Shown here piece after piece: positions 41,091 to 50,299 of a stretch of DNA of 54,754 nucleotides. The notes beneath the pieces were generated by a model that saw only the letters and a list, made by a program, of their open reading frames with translations, made no database searches and had not been told where the DNA came from. The stretch lies in NCBI GenBank assembly GCA_016177205.1, contig JACOVS010000039.1, positions 1 through 54,754 on the forward strand. Reading direction: 5' to 3'. The position numbers and the translations under genes are program-made. The stretch comes from Candidatus Aenigmatarchaeota archaeon (GTDB lineage Archaea > Aenigmatarchaeota > Aenigmatarchaeia > JACPZZ01). The stretch's first letter is position 1. Each line of letters begins with the position of its first letter.

Positions 41091-42035
41091 ATGGTAAAAA
41101 AGGAAGAAAAAAAGAAAGATTTTGTCTGCCCGGAATGCGGTTCCAAACGCTTGTCAGAGGACGCTAGCCGAGCGGAACTTGTTTGCATGAAGTGCGGCTT
41201 GGTTATCAAAGAGTCTATGATAGACATGACGCAGGAATGGCGCGCTTTCGACGAGGAACAAAGATCGAAACGCGCGCGAACCGGAGCTCCGCTTACGCAC
41301 ACAAAACACGACAAGGGCATGACAACCGAGATCGGCAAGGGCCCCGGGGAATTGTTTAAAGTTTCTACGAAAAAGCGTGCCCAGTATTACCGCCTTCAGA
41401 AATGGCACAAAAGGCTGATAGAAAGCAAGGACCGCAATTTGTCCTATGCGCTGTCTGAATTGCAGCGCCTGGTTTCTTATCTTGGCCTGTCAAAGAGCGT
41501 GCACGAGCAGGTCGCACAGCTGTACGAGCAGGCCGTCGACAAGGGCCTGGTGCGCGGCCGCTCGATGGAATCCGTAATCGCTGCTTTAATGTACGCGATG
41601 TGCCGCGAGTATAACACGCCCAGAACGCTGGACGAAATCGCCGAAGCGTCGGGTGTTGAGAAGCGCGAGATAGGAAAAACTTACCGCTACGTTTCGCGCG
41701 AGATAGGTATTAGAATTCTACCGGCAAAACCGCAGGACTACATTCCGCGTTTTGCCTCTATGCTTAACTTAAACGACAAGGTACAGGCCAAGGCTGTCGA
41801 GGTGCTGGAAAAGGCCGGTAAATTCGACGTAACGTCAGGCAAAGGCCCTACCGGTGTTGCTGCCGCTGCTTTGTATATCGCTGCGGTTTTGTGCGGCGAA
41901 CGTCGCACGCAGCGCGAGGTTGCGGACGTTGTGGGCGTCACGGAAGTGACCATAAGAAACAGGTACAAAGAAATCGTCAACAAGCTCGGCATTGAGGAAG
42001 AAGTAGAAAAGAACATTGAAACCATGGGCGCTTAG
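41091..42035 (+). CDS. tfb: transcription initiation factor IIB (TFB)
   Basis: Zn ribbon CPECGS...CMKCG, followed by two cyclin-like repeats. The start is set at the ATG at 41091. Confidence 0.9.
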   Translation: MVKKEEKKKDFVCPECGSKRLSEDASRAELVCMKCGLVIKESMIDMTQEWRAFDEEQRSKRARTGAPLTHTKHDKGMTTEIGKGPGELFKVSTKKRAQYYRLQKWHKRLIESKDRNLSYALSELQRLVSYLGLSKSVHEQVAQLYEQAVDKGLVRGRSMESVIAALMYAMCREYNTPRTLDEIAEASGVEKREIGKTYRYVSREIGIRILPAKPQDYIPRFASMLNLNDKVQAKAVEVLEKAGKFDVTSGKGPTGVAAAALYIAAVLCGERRTQREVADVVGVTEVTIRNRYKEIVNKLGIEEEVEKNIETMGA

Positions 42036-42171
42036 AATAGATTTTTGTTCTTATCCGCGATTTTCAAACACAGTATGCCCGGTTTTCCATTGGTCAAAGT
42101 TCCGATATAATCGGACAGTAAAGGTTTAAAAGGCGGATTTTACAAATAATGTTTAGTATCGGAGGAAACGT

Positions 42172-42372
42172 ATGTTTGGGATATTTAAGAAGAGCGCGAA
42201 AAAGGCCGCTAAAAAATCGGGCGGCAAAAAAGCCTTCGGCGGGTTTTCAATAAACTTCAACGGCAGGAAGGAAACGTTGGAGCAGGTTTTCGGTTCCAAG
42301 CCCATAGGTCCGAGCGAAATGACCAAAAGGCTGTGGAAATTCGTCAAGGGCAAAAGGCTGGGCTCTCGATAA
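42172..42372 (+). CDS. small basic protein with a SWIB/MDM2-like half-domain
   Basis: GGAGGAAACGT precedes the ATG. Lys-rich N-terminus. LEQVFGSKPIGPSEMTKRLWKFVKGKRL resembles the first SWIB helices. Confidence 0.5.
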   Translation: MFGIFKKSAKKAAKKSGGKKAFGGFSINFNGRKETLEQVFGSKPIGPSEMTKRLWKFVKGKRLGSR

Positions 42373-42442
42373 GACCGTTTGTCTAAACCTTTTGTGAAGG
42401 CCTATTTTTATTGCTCGTTTACTTATTCTTGTCAAGGTCAAA

Positions 42443-42994
42443 ATGAGAAAAGGGGTTGCCAGCGTTGTCGTATTGGTAATGCTTCTGCTGGGGGCGGTAG
42501 CCCTCATCGGGGTGGCTTATCAGTGGCTTTCCGGAAACCTGAGCGCGGCCTTCGGAGGCCTGTACCCGCAGGACACGTTCTGCACAACCATGTGCATAGT
42601 TGACGGCGGCGAGGTTTCGCGTGTTTTGGTCCCTCTGGATGGCGACACGGTCATAAAGGCACGCGTTATCAATGACGGCGCAGTCCCGAAGAGCTATGTA
42701 ATAAAGTATTATCCAAACTTCACGCCCGAATTGTCGCTCATTGCAGCCCAGCCAGTGATAACCGTGCCCGCATCAGGATCGGCATTCGCGGAAATTGCCG
42801 TAAAGGGCCTGATAGTAAGGAACAGCGACATTGATTTCAATATTACCGCAATCAACATTAACGACAACAAGGACAACGTCTCTTTCGGCATACTCACCTC
42901 GGTCAGCACCGCGAACGTTCCTGACGCGGGCCCTGCCTGGTTCCTGCTCATACTGGCCGTTTCCTCGGCCCTTGTTTATCTAAAAGCTGGATGA
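42443..42994 (+). CDS. surface protein with class III signal-like N-terminus and a C-terminal hydrophobic anchor
   Basis: MRKG|VASVVVLVMLLLGAVALIGV. C-terminal PDAGPAWFLLILAVSSALVYLKAG. Confidence 0.6.
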   Translation: MRKGVASVVVLVMLLLGAVALIGVAYQWLSGNLSAAFGGLYPQDTFCTTMCIVDGGEVSRVLVPLDGDTVIKARVINDGAVPKSYVIKYYPNFTPELSLIAAQPVITVPASGSAFAEIAVKGLIVRNSDIDFNITAININDNKDNVSFGILTSVSTANVPDAGPAWFLLILAVSSALVYLKAG

Positions 42995-44063
42995 TTTTTT
43001 CTATCCGGGCTATGCCCGCGTCCGTCTTTACCGATGTGCCGGAGAACTGGGTGCGTGTTGCGCTGAAATTAAGTTTTTTCAGCCTACTTATAACTTCGGG
43101 CATGGGTGGCGTGTTTTTGAAAATTCGCTTCGATATCCTGTGTATGTCATGGTAAAACGGCGTGTCATCCTCGTCGATCATGGACATGATTATCCTTCTG
43201 GCTTCTTTTGGTTTGTTAAAATTTCCATCGCCCAGTTTGCCCAGGATTTCAAAGCATATTTTTTTGTCGCGCAGCCGCCCGGCCCACACCGGGCCCATTT
43301 CTCTCGGAACCGCGCCACATATATCGCAAAGTGTTTTCCCGCGCGTCTGGTCAAACGTACACATCCCGCACCCTCTGCAATAATAGAATTTTTTTACGTA
43401 ATCCCCGCCGCCCTCGGCCACTTGTAAAAATACCCTGAAATAGTGTGCTGTGGCATGCGACAACAGAGGCCGGACAGATAAGCTCTGGCTCCCAAAATGC
43501 GTTGCGACAACGCCTATCAGGTTGCGGACGCCAACTTCCTTAAAGCATTCTGTGCGTTCCAGTTTGACGCCGTACCTTTCTTCGCACGTCTTGGAAAAAA
43601 TTCCGGCAAGGGCGCCGCAGTCCGTTGCCGTAATTGCCAGGTAAGAATCGCGCTTGGCGTTCTCCGCCACTTTATCCAGAAAATAAACAGGGGAGCCGAA
43701 CGGGTCTATGTCTATGAAGTCAAATTTCTTCGGGTTGTCTTCCAGAAAAGCGTTCGCGCCTTTGCACGACACGATGACCTTGTCCGATACGCCGTTAACG
43801 GCCGCGTTTTCTTTGATGTATTTTACCGCGCTTTCGCTGGCATCGTTCGCAACTACCGATGCTGCGCCAGTTTCCTTAGCGTATCTCACAGCACGCGCGC
43901 CCGCCGCTGACAGCAAATCGCACAAAACCGCATCCTTGATCCCGACCGCCTGCAAAAACGCAACGGAAATGTCCCTGGACAATTCCATGCCCGGGTTATA
44001 GAACGCCTCCTTACTGCTGTCCGGTAAATGAAGCGAAACGAGCCCTTCTTTAACGGTTTTCAT
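42948..44063 (-). CDS. trm1: tRNA (guanine26-N2)-dimethyltransferase
   Basis: AFYNPGMELSRDISV, DIDPFGSP and a C-terminal Cys cluster CRGCGMC...CDICG. Confidence 0.85.
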   Translation of the reverse strand: MKTVKEGLVSLHLPDSSKEAFYNPGMELSRDISVAFLQAVGIKDAVLCDLLSAAGARAVRYAKETGAASVVANDASESAVKYIKENAAVNGVSDKVIVSCKGANAFLEDNPKKFDFIDIDPFGSPVYFLDKVAENAKRDSYLAITATDCGALAGIFSKTCEERYGVKLERTECFKEVGVRNLIGVVATHFGSQSLSVRPLLSHATAHYFRVFLQVAEGGGDYVKKFYYCRGCGMCTFDQTRGKTLCDICGAVPREMGPVWAGRLRDKKICFEILGKLGDGNFNKPKEARRIIMSMIDEDDTPFYHDIHRISKRIFKNTPPMPEVISRLKKLNFSATRTQFSGTSVKTDAGIARIEKIIQLLDKQGPRKRPV

Positions 44064-44103
44064 ATAACCCTTTTAGAAAGGGTTAACAAAATATAAATTA
44101 CCG

Positions 44104-45228
44104 CTACACTTCCTCGTCCTTGACTATCTTGCCTATGTGGTGTATGAACTTCCTCACATATTCGCGGTGTGAATAAATCTCCTTGTCCGGTATCTCCGTT
44201 ACCTTGCCTTCACGGACTTTCTTCCTCATCTCTTCAAGACGGTTGAATATGTCCACGTAATGCCGCTCCACAAGCCCTTCATCGACAAGGTATTTTTTGA
44301 ACGCGCTCTGTATCTCATCCTTGTTGTCGGGAAGCTTCTTAACGGATTTTAACGCCGCTACAACAGCCTTTGTCATAACGTCGTAGCTTTTTTCCACTAT
44401 CCTCTCCTTCTTTTTCAGTTCCAGCGCATCCGCGACCTGCAGCATCCTGTTTACGAATTCATCGGCCTTTTTCAGCCACTCATCAAGATCCTGGCCCTTA
44501 ATGTCGTTTATTTTTTTGTGTTCCACCTCTTTTCTGAACTGGTTTATTTCGTCCAGCCAATCCGCATATTTTCCTTCTATTATCTTGGTATCTACAAGGT
44601 GCTTGCGAAATTCTTCTGCGGCCCGTCCGGGCGACGGCGGCGAGAAACCCAGCGACATCAAAACCGCTTGCGTCATGTCTATCATCGCATAATAGCAGTC
44701 CTCCGCAACCATGTATAATTTGACTTCATTGACCCTCCGCAGCCTCTTTGGAGCCTTGTCCAACAACGCATCGGCCGCTTCTTTTGTTGCGGGTATGCGG
44801 CCCAGTTCAAGCAGCCTTTTGACCGGCATGAAAAATCCCGTATCGAAAACGGGTATGCCGTCGCGAACGAAGTTGTAAATCAGCGGATGCGACGTCCGTA
44901 CCATGTCCCAGAATTCCGTCAGGGTGTACGCCGGCTGTACGATTATGTCCTTGTTTATCTCCTGCGCCATTATGTCGATCTCGACGTCGATTCTTCTTTT
45001 CTCCTCTGGCGTGAAATTTACCTTCGTGTCGTCGATTACAAGAAACATGTCTATATCCGAATTGCTGCGGAACTCGTCCCTCGCCACGGACCCGACTAAA
45101 ACAACGCACTTCACGTATTTGCCGAACTTGTCGAGTATCTTCTGTGTCAACGCCTTGACCATGTCGGCCCTGCGCTTGCGCGCTATGTCCTTGATGGATT
45201 TTCTCTTGGGTATTGATTTTATCCTCAT
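44104..45228 (-). CDS. nucleotidyltransferase-domain protein with a helical C-terminal region, long form
   Basis: VVLVGSVARDEFRSNSDIDMFLVIDD. GIPVFDTGFFMPVKRLLELGRIPAT matches 24620..25699. Confidence 0.75.
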   Translation of the reverse strand: MRIKSIPKRKSIKDIARKRRADMVKALTQKILDKFGKYVKCVVLVGSVARDEFRSNSDIDMFLVIDDTKVNFTPEEKRRIDVEIDIMAQEINKDIIVQPAYTLTEFWDMVRTSHPLIYNFVRDGIPVFDTGFFMPVKRLLELGRIPATKEAADALLDKAPKRLRRVNEVKLYMVAEDCYYAMIDMTQAVLMSLGFSPPSPGRAAEEFRKHLVDTKIIEGKYADWLDEINQFRKEVEHKKINDIKGQDLDEWLKKADEFVNRMLQVADALELKKKERIVEKSYDVMTKAVVAALKSVKKLPDNKDEIQSAFKKYLVDEGLVERHYVDIFNRLEEMRKKVREGKVTEIPDKEIYSHREYVRKFIHHIGKIVKDEEV

Positions 45229-45230
45229 TT

Positions 45231-46094
45231 TTATTCCTCTGCGTACCCTTTCAGGAATTTATTCATCGCCTCTACGAATTCGCCGGTTTCGCGCCGCTGC
45301 TTCTCCAAAACATCCCCGGGTATGTTTTTTATTTCCTTGTGGTCTATTTTTTTCCACAACTGGAATGTGTGCACGTAATAATCCACGTACTTCTGGTCAA
45401 GTTTTCCCTCCTTAACCATCCTCTCCAGCACCGACGGAATTTCGCGCGGCTCCGGCTGGTGCTTGTACGCAAGCATGGAAACGGCCTGCGCGGAGGCCGT
45501 CATCGCGTCATAGTACCGTATGATCGCCGCCCGTATGTAATTTTCCGCCTTTTCCATGTTCTTCGGCGCTATTTTGGAGTAAAGCCTTATCGCCTCCTGG
45601 GACGGCGTTATCCTGCCCGCTTCCAGGAGCCTTTGCGTCGGCTTCAAAAAGCCCGCGTCATAAATCGGGTAACCGTAGCGCAAAAAATTGAACAGTATTG
45701 GGTCGCCGTGCCGTATCCAGTCCCAGAAGTCGGTTATCGTATGGACCTGCGGGTGCAGATCGCCGATGCGGTCCGCAATAAGCCTGATATTCTCGTCGGC
45801 CCTGTCTATCTGCTCGGGAAATATTTTGGGATCCGTGTCGTCCAGGATAATCAGCACATCAACGTCGCCCGCCTTTTTCGCGCCTTTCGCCGCAGACCCG
45901 AACAACAGCACGCCTTTGACAAGGTCCGGAAATTGTTCCCGCACTATCTTTGCAAATTTCATGGCCTTTGAAACGCGCGCCTTAGGCTCATAGTCCTTCC
46001 CTTCCGCTCTCTTATCAGCTTCCACAAGAACCCTTCCGCTTTTTATTGCGAGCCCTGAAATATAAGCTTCTACCTTAATTCTTCCTTCTTCCAC
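45231..46094 (-). CDS. nucleotidyltransferase-domain protein, short form (start uncertain: 46094 or the ATG at 45962)
   Basis: VLLFGSAAKGAKKAGDVDVLIILDD. GYPIYDAGFLKPTQRLLEAGRITPS. Confidence 0.7.
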   Translation of the reverse strand: MEEGRIKVEAYISGLAIKSGRVLVEADKRAEGKDYEPKARVSKAMKFAKIVREQFPDLVKGVLLFGSAAKGAKKAGDVDVLIILDDTDPKIFPEQIDRADENIRLIADRIGDLHPQVHTITDFWDWIRHGDPILFNFLRYGYPIYDAGFLKPTQRLLEAGRITPSQEAIRLYSKIAPKNMEKAENYIRAAIIRYYDAMTASAQAVSMLAYKHQPEPREIPSVLERMVKEGKLDQKYVDYYVHTFQLWKKIDHKEIKNIPGDVLEKQRRETGEFVEAMNKFLKGYAEE

Positions 46095-48094
46095 TTCTCT
46101 GGAAGCAGTCCAGGCCTTTCCGTGGCAACGCGCCCGAGGTACGTGTGCTCTTCTTCCGGGACTGCCAGCGTGCCGGCCAGCGGCGCGAAGAAATGGTTTT
46201 GTATCACTGTCATTTGCCTTTGCTCCGAGAATTCCGATTCAGGCGAAACGCCGTAGAATTCCGGCGGCAGTTTGTCGGGATCCATCTCTTTTTCCAGGTA
46301 TTCTACGATGAGCCTCATGGCATAAACGCTGGAGCGCATCCATTCCAGCGGGCTCTGCCCTCCACCCCTTTCAAAAATAACCCAGCCGTCCCTGAAGCCT
46401 TTTTTTCTCAATTCGTACAGGTAACGGTAAATAAGCTCCTGCGCCTCCGAGCCCACGTAAACCGGCGCGTGCGCGGGGTGTATCGGTTTTGGCTGCCCCA
46501 CATGAATGGCTTTGCAAAACGCGCCGCCGTCCGGCGGTAATTCCTTGATCTCAAGGTCGATGTTTAAGTTATGGGTTAACATGTGCTCGAAATCGAGCGC
46601 AATGAAAACCAGGTCCGACAGGTAATTGGCGTTGCCGTTGAACTCCCTGATTTTTTTTACTAATTGGTAAATGTGCTCGGAGCGCACGATTCTCAGCAGG
46701 CCTTCCTGTTTTTCCGTGATTTGAGGCGTCTCAAACATAGCTACGATTTTGTTTTCTTTTATGTACTCCTTCATTGTCAGTTCCTTTCCGCCTTTGTTTT
46801 TTTCTATTGTGAACTTTCCAGTAAAAGGGTCGCGGTACTGCATTTTAGAGGAGAAATGCCCGTTCACGTACTCCATCGCAACGACTGTCGAGACTAAAGC
46901 TTGCACGCGGCGGTCGTGGCTTCTTAGAAGGTTATCGACTGTTATATCTTCGTCGCCTTTGAACGCCTTGCCCTCTGCCCGGAACTGCGCGCTTAATTGG
47001 CTTTTAACATATTCCGTATGGCAGATTGTTTTCCATTGCGGCGATCCCTGCAGCAGCCTTCCTACGATTTCATACGCCAGCCGCTCGTCGTAACCGAAAA
47101 ACGGGACGTATTTGTTGGACATTTCATCCTTGATGAATTTTTCCGCGTAATCGTGCAGCTTGTCCCTGACATTGTTTCTCATCCTGGCAAAGTACGCGTC
47201 CAGCTCCGCGCCCCGCCGGTTCAGATTGTTGAATATTATCGTTACGTAATTGTCTATCGAACCCTGCCCCCGGTTTATCGCCTCGGTCTGTTGCGTGATG
47301 AAATCCTCGGTCGGGACCGGCGCCAGCACGCTCCGGCGGTTTTCGTCCAGCATTGGAACCTGGACAATGTTTCCGTGCGCCCTCAATTCCTTCTCAAGGT
47401 CCTGCTTCATGTCCCGCCACATCATCTTGCTTATGTTTTCCCGCACCTCGCCTATGGCTATGCCAGCAATAGGCGACAGGTATTCGTTGGCAGTGTCCTG
47501 GAATTCCCTGTGCCTCGGATCCGTAGCTTCCGGTCCGCCGCCGACTATGTAGTTTTCAAGTATTATCCTCCTTATCGTGACGATCTGTTCGTTTGTAAGG
47601 TGGGGGTATTCCTTTGACCTGAATTTGCGGTTTTCCCCATCCCCCGAGGGCTGGAAATACAGCAGGACATAGTACAGTGTGTTTCCGTCCGGCGCGACTA
47701 GTCGTTGGAAGCGATAACCTAACATCGAAGACCCGATTGTGGGCGGCGGTTCTGAAGAAGCGTGAAATAGCATGTACGACGTTTTCGTCCTTACCGCGCC
47801 TTTTATGTGGTCGGTTAGCCTCTCGTGGAAAATGTCCCAGATGTCTTTTACCGCGTGCTCTAGTTTCATGTCGAACTCTCCGTGTATGCCATAATTTAAT
47901 CCCAAATCTTCGCGGGCTATGGTCAGTTGCTGCTCCAAAAGGGGTTCCATGAATTCCGACGGCGATTCGATGTCCAGTTGAACAAAGGTGACTCCGTACG
48001 TCGCCGCGGACATGGCCTTAAACCCGAGCCCCAGCAGATCCGGCGTCTTGGCTATCCCCCACCACCCGCTTGATACGCCTATTGTGTACACCAT
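46070..48094 (-). CDS. large uncharacterised protein (674 aa), possibly a split xylose-isomerase-like TIM barrel
   Basis: Long uninterrupted ORF. N-terminal VQLDIESP...YGIHGE...MLFHAS and C-terminal ALDFEHM...AIHVGQP...HAP...VIFERGGG resemble AP-endonuclease-2/XylA-like barrel strands. Weak inference. Confidence 0.6.
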   Translation of the reverse strand: MVYTIGVSSGWWGIAKTPDLLGLGFKAMSAATYGVTFVQLDIESPSEFMEPLLEQQLTIAREDLGLNYGIHGEFDMKLEHAVKDIWDIFHERLTDHIKGAVRTKTSYMLFHASSEPPPTIGSSMLGYRFQRLVAPDGNTLYYVLLYFQPSGDGENRKFRSKEYPHLTNEQIVTIRRIILENYIVGGGPEATDPRHREFQDTANEYLSPIAGIAIGEVRENISKMMWRDMKQDLEKELRAHGNIVQVPMLDENRRSVLAPVPTEDFITQQTEAINRGQGSIDNYVTIIFNNLNRRGAELDAYFARMRNNVRDKLHDYAEKFIKDEMSNKYVPFFGYDERLAYEIVGRLLQGSPQWKTICHTEYVKSQLSAQFRAEGKAFKGDEDITVDNLLRSHDRRVQALVSTVVAMEYVNGHFSSKMQYRDPFTGKFTIEKNKGGKELTMKEYIKENKIVAMFETPQITEKQEGLLRIVRSEHIYQLVKKIREFNGNANYLSDLVFIALDFEHMLTHNLNIDLEIKELPPDGGAFCKAIHVGQPKPIHPAHAPVYVGSEAQELIYRYLYELRKKGFRDGWVIFERGGGQSPLEWMRSSVYAMRLIVEYLEKEMDPDKLPPEFYGVSPESEFSEQRQMTVIQNHFFAPLAGTLAVPEEEHTYLGRVATERPGLLPEKWKKEELR

Positions 48095-48112
48095 TTTATT
48101 TCACCGCGCATG

Positions 48113-48162
48113 TTTTTTCTTTCCCTTAAGGATTTCTTTTTTCTTAAAAAAGAAAGGCTTAT
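48113..48162 (-). promoter_or_regulatory. conserved intergenic module, copy 3 (diverged)
   Basis: ttttttctttcccttaaggatttcttttttcttaaaaaagaaaggcttat lies between the 633-aa and 674-aa genes. Same element order as copies 1 and 2. Confidence 0.5.
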
Positions 48163-50064
48163 TTAATCGCCTATTCTCGCCGCGCCCTCAAACCAGCTGA
48201 TAAACTCATCACGGTACGTGTCAGCGAAGGCTTTCGAAAATTGCCGCGTTATGCGGTCCCTCAGGTTTGTTTCGTACGGGCCTTTTTTGAAAAACTGGAA
48301 CCTGTTGCCCGAACCGATAAAGATTTCCAGGAAGTTTTGCATTTCGTTCAGCCTGTGATCCACGGATTTCACAATGTCGAATTCCTCCTTTTTCCCGTCG
48401 TCCTTTTTTTCAGCAGCGTAAAGTTCCGGGAATTTCTTTTTCGCCACGTCCTCCATGTTGCCCGTTATCCCCGCGTCTATTTTTTCATTCTCGTCTATCG
48501 CTGTTAATCCCAGGACCTCTTCCACGTCCCGGTCAAATCTCTGCTCGCTCGCCCACCTTTCCACAAGCTTGACAAGAAGCACGTTCTGGCTGATGAAAGC
48601 GATTTTTATGAAAACGAAGCCGTCGTCCGCAGTCCCCTGTGGAAGGTTTATTATAGCGCGGGCAAATGTCAGGTCCCATAGTACATAGTATATATAGTCC
48701 GGGTGCAGCTGCAGTGTATTTTGGTACGTTTTCGGCTGGGATGTAGACTCCTTCAGCAGCCAGACAACCTGCGCTTCCATTTCCTTTGGCTTTATCCAGG
48801 GGTGTTCTTCAATCAGCGAGGGGCCGTCCACGCGGCCTCTCTTGCTGCCGTGCTTATCGCCGTACAAAGCGACCTTTGCAACCACATCGTAGGGATTTAA
48901 CCAAAACGTGGTCGTGGTTTTGCCTCCTTCCACATCCCTGTAGCTTAACCCGAACCTTTTCAGTATGGCCTCATCTTCTGCCCTTTCCTCCTTCTTTTTT
49001 CCCAGGTATTCCAGTTCGACGTCTATTTCCTTTCTTTGAACGCTCGCCCTGTACATGTCGCCCGGGGCAAAGGGTTTCCATGCGTAAGTAGCTATGTCGT
49101 GAAACGACATCGCGTGCGCGCCGACGTGTAATCTGTGAGTCATCGCTCGCCCCCCCGTTTTGGCCGCGACCCCATCGGCTCCGGCCGATGCCCCGGAAGG
49201 ATCCGACGCCTTTTCGTGACTCTCCTGAAGCAGTTCGTGCTGTATAACATAAGGCCGCAGCCATTTTTTGTATTGTTCTATGCTCTTTCGCCTTGCGTTC
49301 ATCAGGCTCAGTATGTTCAGGTACCTCTGTTTTACAGCGCCCTTAAAAAGGTCTTTCCATTTCAGGAAAAGCTTGTTTTTCGTTGCCAGGACAACAGCCT
49401 CTGCCGTTGTTATTTTTGGTACGAAATCCTTTACAATGTCCTCGGACGCGGTCATGCTGTCCTGCAACTTCATGAAATCCACTATGATGTTCGGCCACCG
49501 GCTGACTATTAATTTCAGCGCGACGCCCTCGCCCGTGTGGACGTCAACCTGGTCTATGAAAATCGCCTTTAACGAGGTGTTCGATTCCAGTATGTCCCTC
49601 TCAGCCTTTTTTTTCGCCTCTTCGTTGTTTTCCTTCTTCGCCTTTGCAAGGTCTTTGGCGCCCTTTTCGTACCTGTTCAAATAGTCCAGGTAGTCCTGGT
49701 ATTTCCTGTGGTCGTGGGCCAGCAGCTCGTAATCGCTTATCGCCCGCGATGCGGATTCAAGGCCGGCCTTGATTTTCGTTTCCAGGTCCTGCTTCTGCGC
49801 GATCGTAGACGCGTAATATTCCCTGTATGTGGGATTTATCTCAAACCTGTCCGCGTATTTGAAAACGCCGTACCCGAATTTGGGAAGCTGCAACATCGTC
49901 TTGACGTAAAGGAGCGAGATAAATCCCAGCGGCCCGGTCGGGTTTATCAGAATGCCGGGGAAGTTGTAGGCATCGATTCCGAAGCTGTCCTGTACGCCGT
50001 TCTGGTCCGGCGGGTATGTTATAAGGAACTCCCCGTTCATTCTGTTAACCACGAATCTTACCAT
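48163..50064 (-). CDS. large uncharacterised protein (633 aa) with a central coiled-coil segment
   Basis: Long ORF with no NTP-binding or other motif recognised. Charged helical stretch at about aa 95-170. Confidence 0.6.
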   Translation of the reverse strand: MVRFVVNRMNGEFLITYPPDQNGVQDSFGIDAYNFPGILINPTGPLGFISLLYVKTMLQLPKFGYGVFKYADRFEINPTYREYYASTIAQKQDLETKIKAGLESASRAISDYELLAHDHRKYQDYLDYLNRYEKGAKDLAKAKKENNEEAKKKAERDILESNTSLKAIFIDQVDVHTGEGVALKLIVSRWPNIIVDFMKLQDSMTASEDIVKDFVPKITTAEAVVLATKNKLFLKWKDLFKGAVKQRYLNILSLMNARRKSIEQYKKWLRPYVIQHELLQESHEKASDPSGASAGADGVAAKTGGRAMTHRLHVGAHAMSFHDIATYAWKPFAPGDMYRASVQRKEIDVELEYLGKKKEERAEDEAILKRFGLSYRDVEGGKTTTTFWLNPYDVVAKVALYGDKHGSKRGRVDGPSLIEEHPWIKPKEMEAQVVWLLKESTSQPKTYQNTLQLHPDYIYYVLWDLTFARAIINLPQGTADDGFVFIKIAFISQNVLLVKLVERWASEQRFDRDVEEVLGLTAIDENEKIDAGITGNMEDVAKKKFPELYAAEKKDDGKKEEFDIVKSVDHRLNEMQNFLEIFIGSGNRFQFFKKGPYETNLRDRITRQFSKAFADTYRDEFISWFEGAARIGD

Positions 50065-50068
50065 TGGT

Positions 50069-50299
50069 TCACCCCAGCAAAAGCCTTATGCCTATGATCA
50101 GCAGGAACAGGCCCGCGAATATCGCAACCAGAGTGAAGGGCCCGAACTCCAAGTCTTCCGTGTCAGGGAAGTATATTATTAAAAAAAGGCCAGCGCCTAT
50201 AAGCATCAACCCCCCAATTTGTTCGAAAACCACGCAGATCAATATAATATTGTACTCGGCCGGTAAAAAAGTTATTCTGCAGGCTGAAGCATACCGCAT
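50069..50299 (-). CDS. 2-TM miniprotein (true start probably internal, e.g. a TTG near 50239)
   Basis: LMLIGAGLFLIIYFPDTEDLEFGPFTLVAIFAGLFLLIIGI. The first ~5 codons of the track ORF (50299 down to 50286) overlap hairpin repeat He. Confidence 0.4.
   Translation of the reverse strand: MRYASACRITFLPAEYNIILICVVFEQIGGLMLIGAGLFLIIYFPDTEDLEFGPFTLVAIFAGLFLLIIGIRLLLG

Noticed and set aside
45213-45971. 252-aa plus-strand ORF
   Set aside because: It lies antisense to the nucleotidyltransferase gene 45231-46094, which carries the GS...DxD motif and has three paralogs.
46997-47617. 206-aa plus-strand ORF inside the 674-aa gene
   Set aside because: It is an antisense shadow. The minus-strand ORF is more than 2 kb and uninterrupted.
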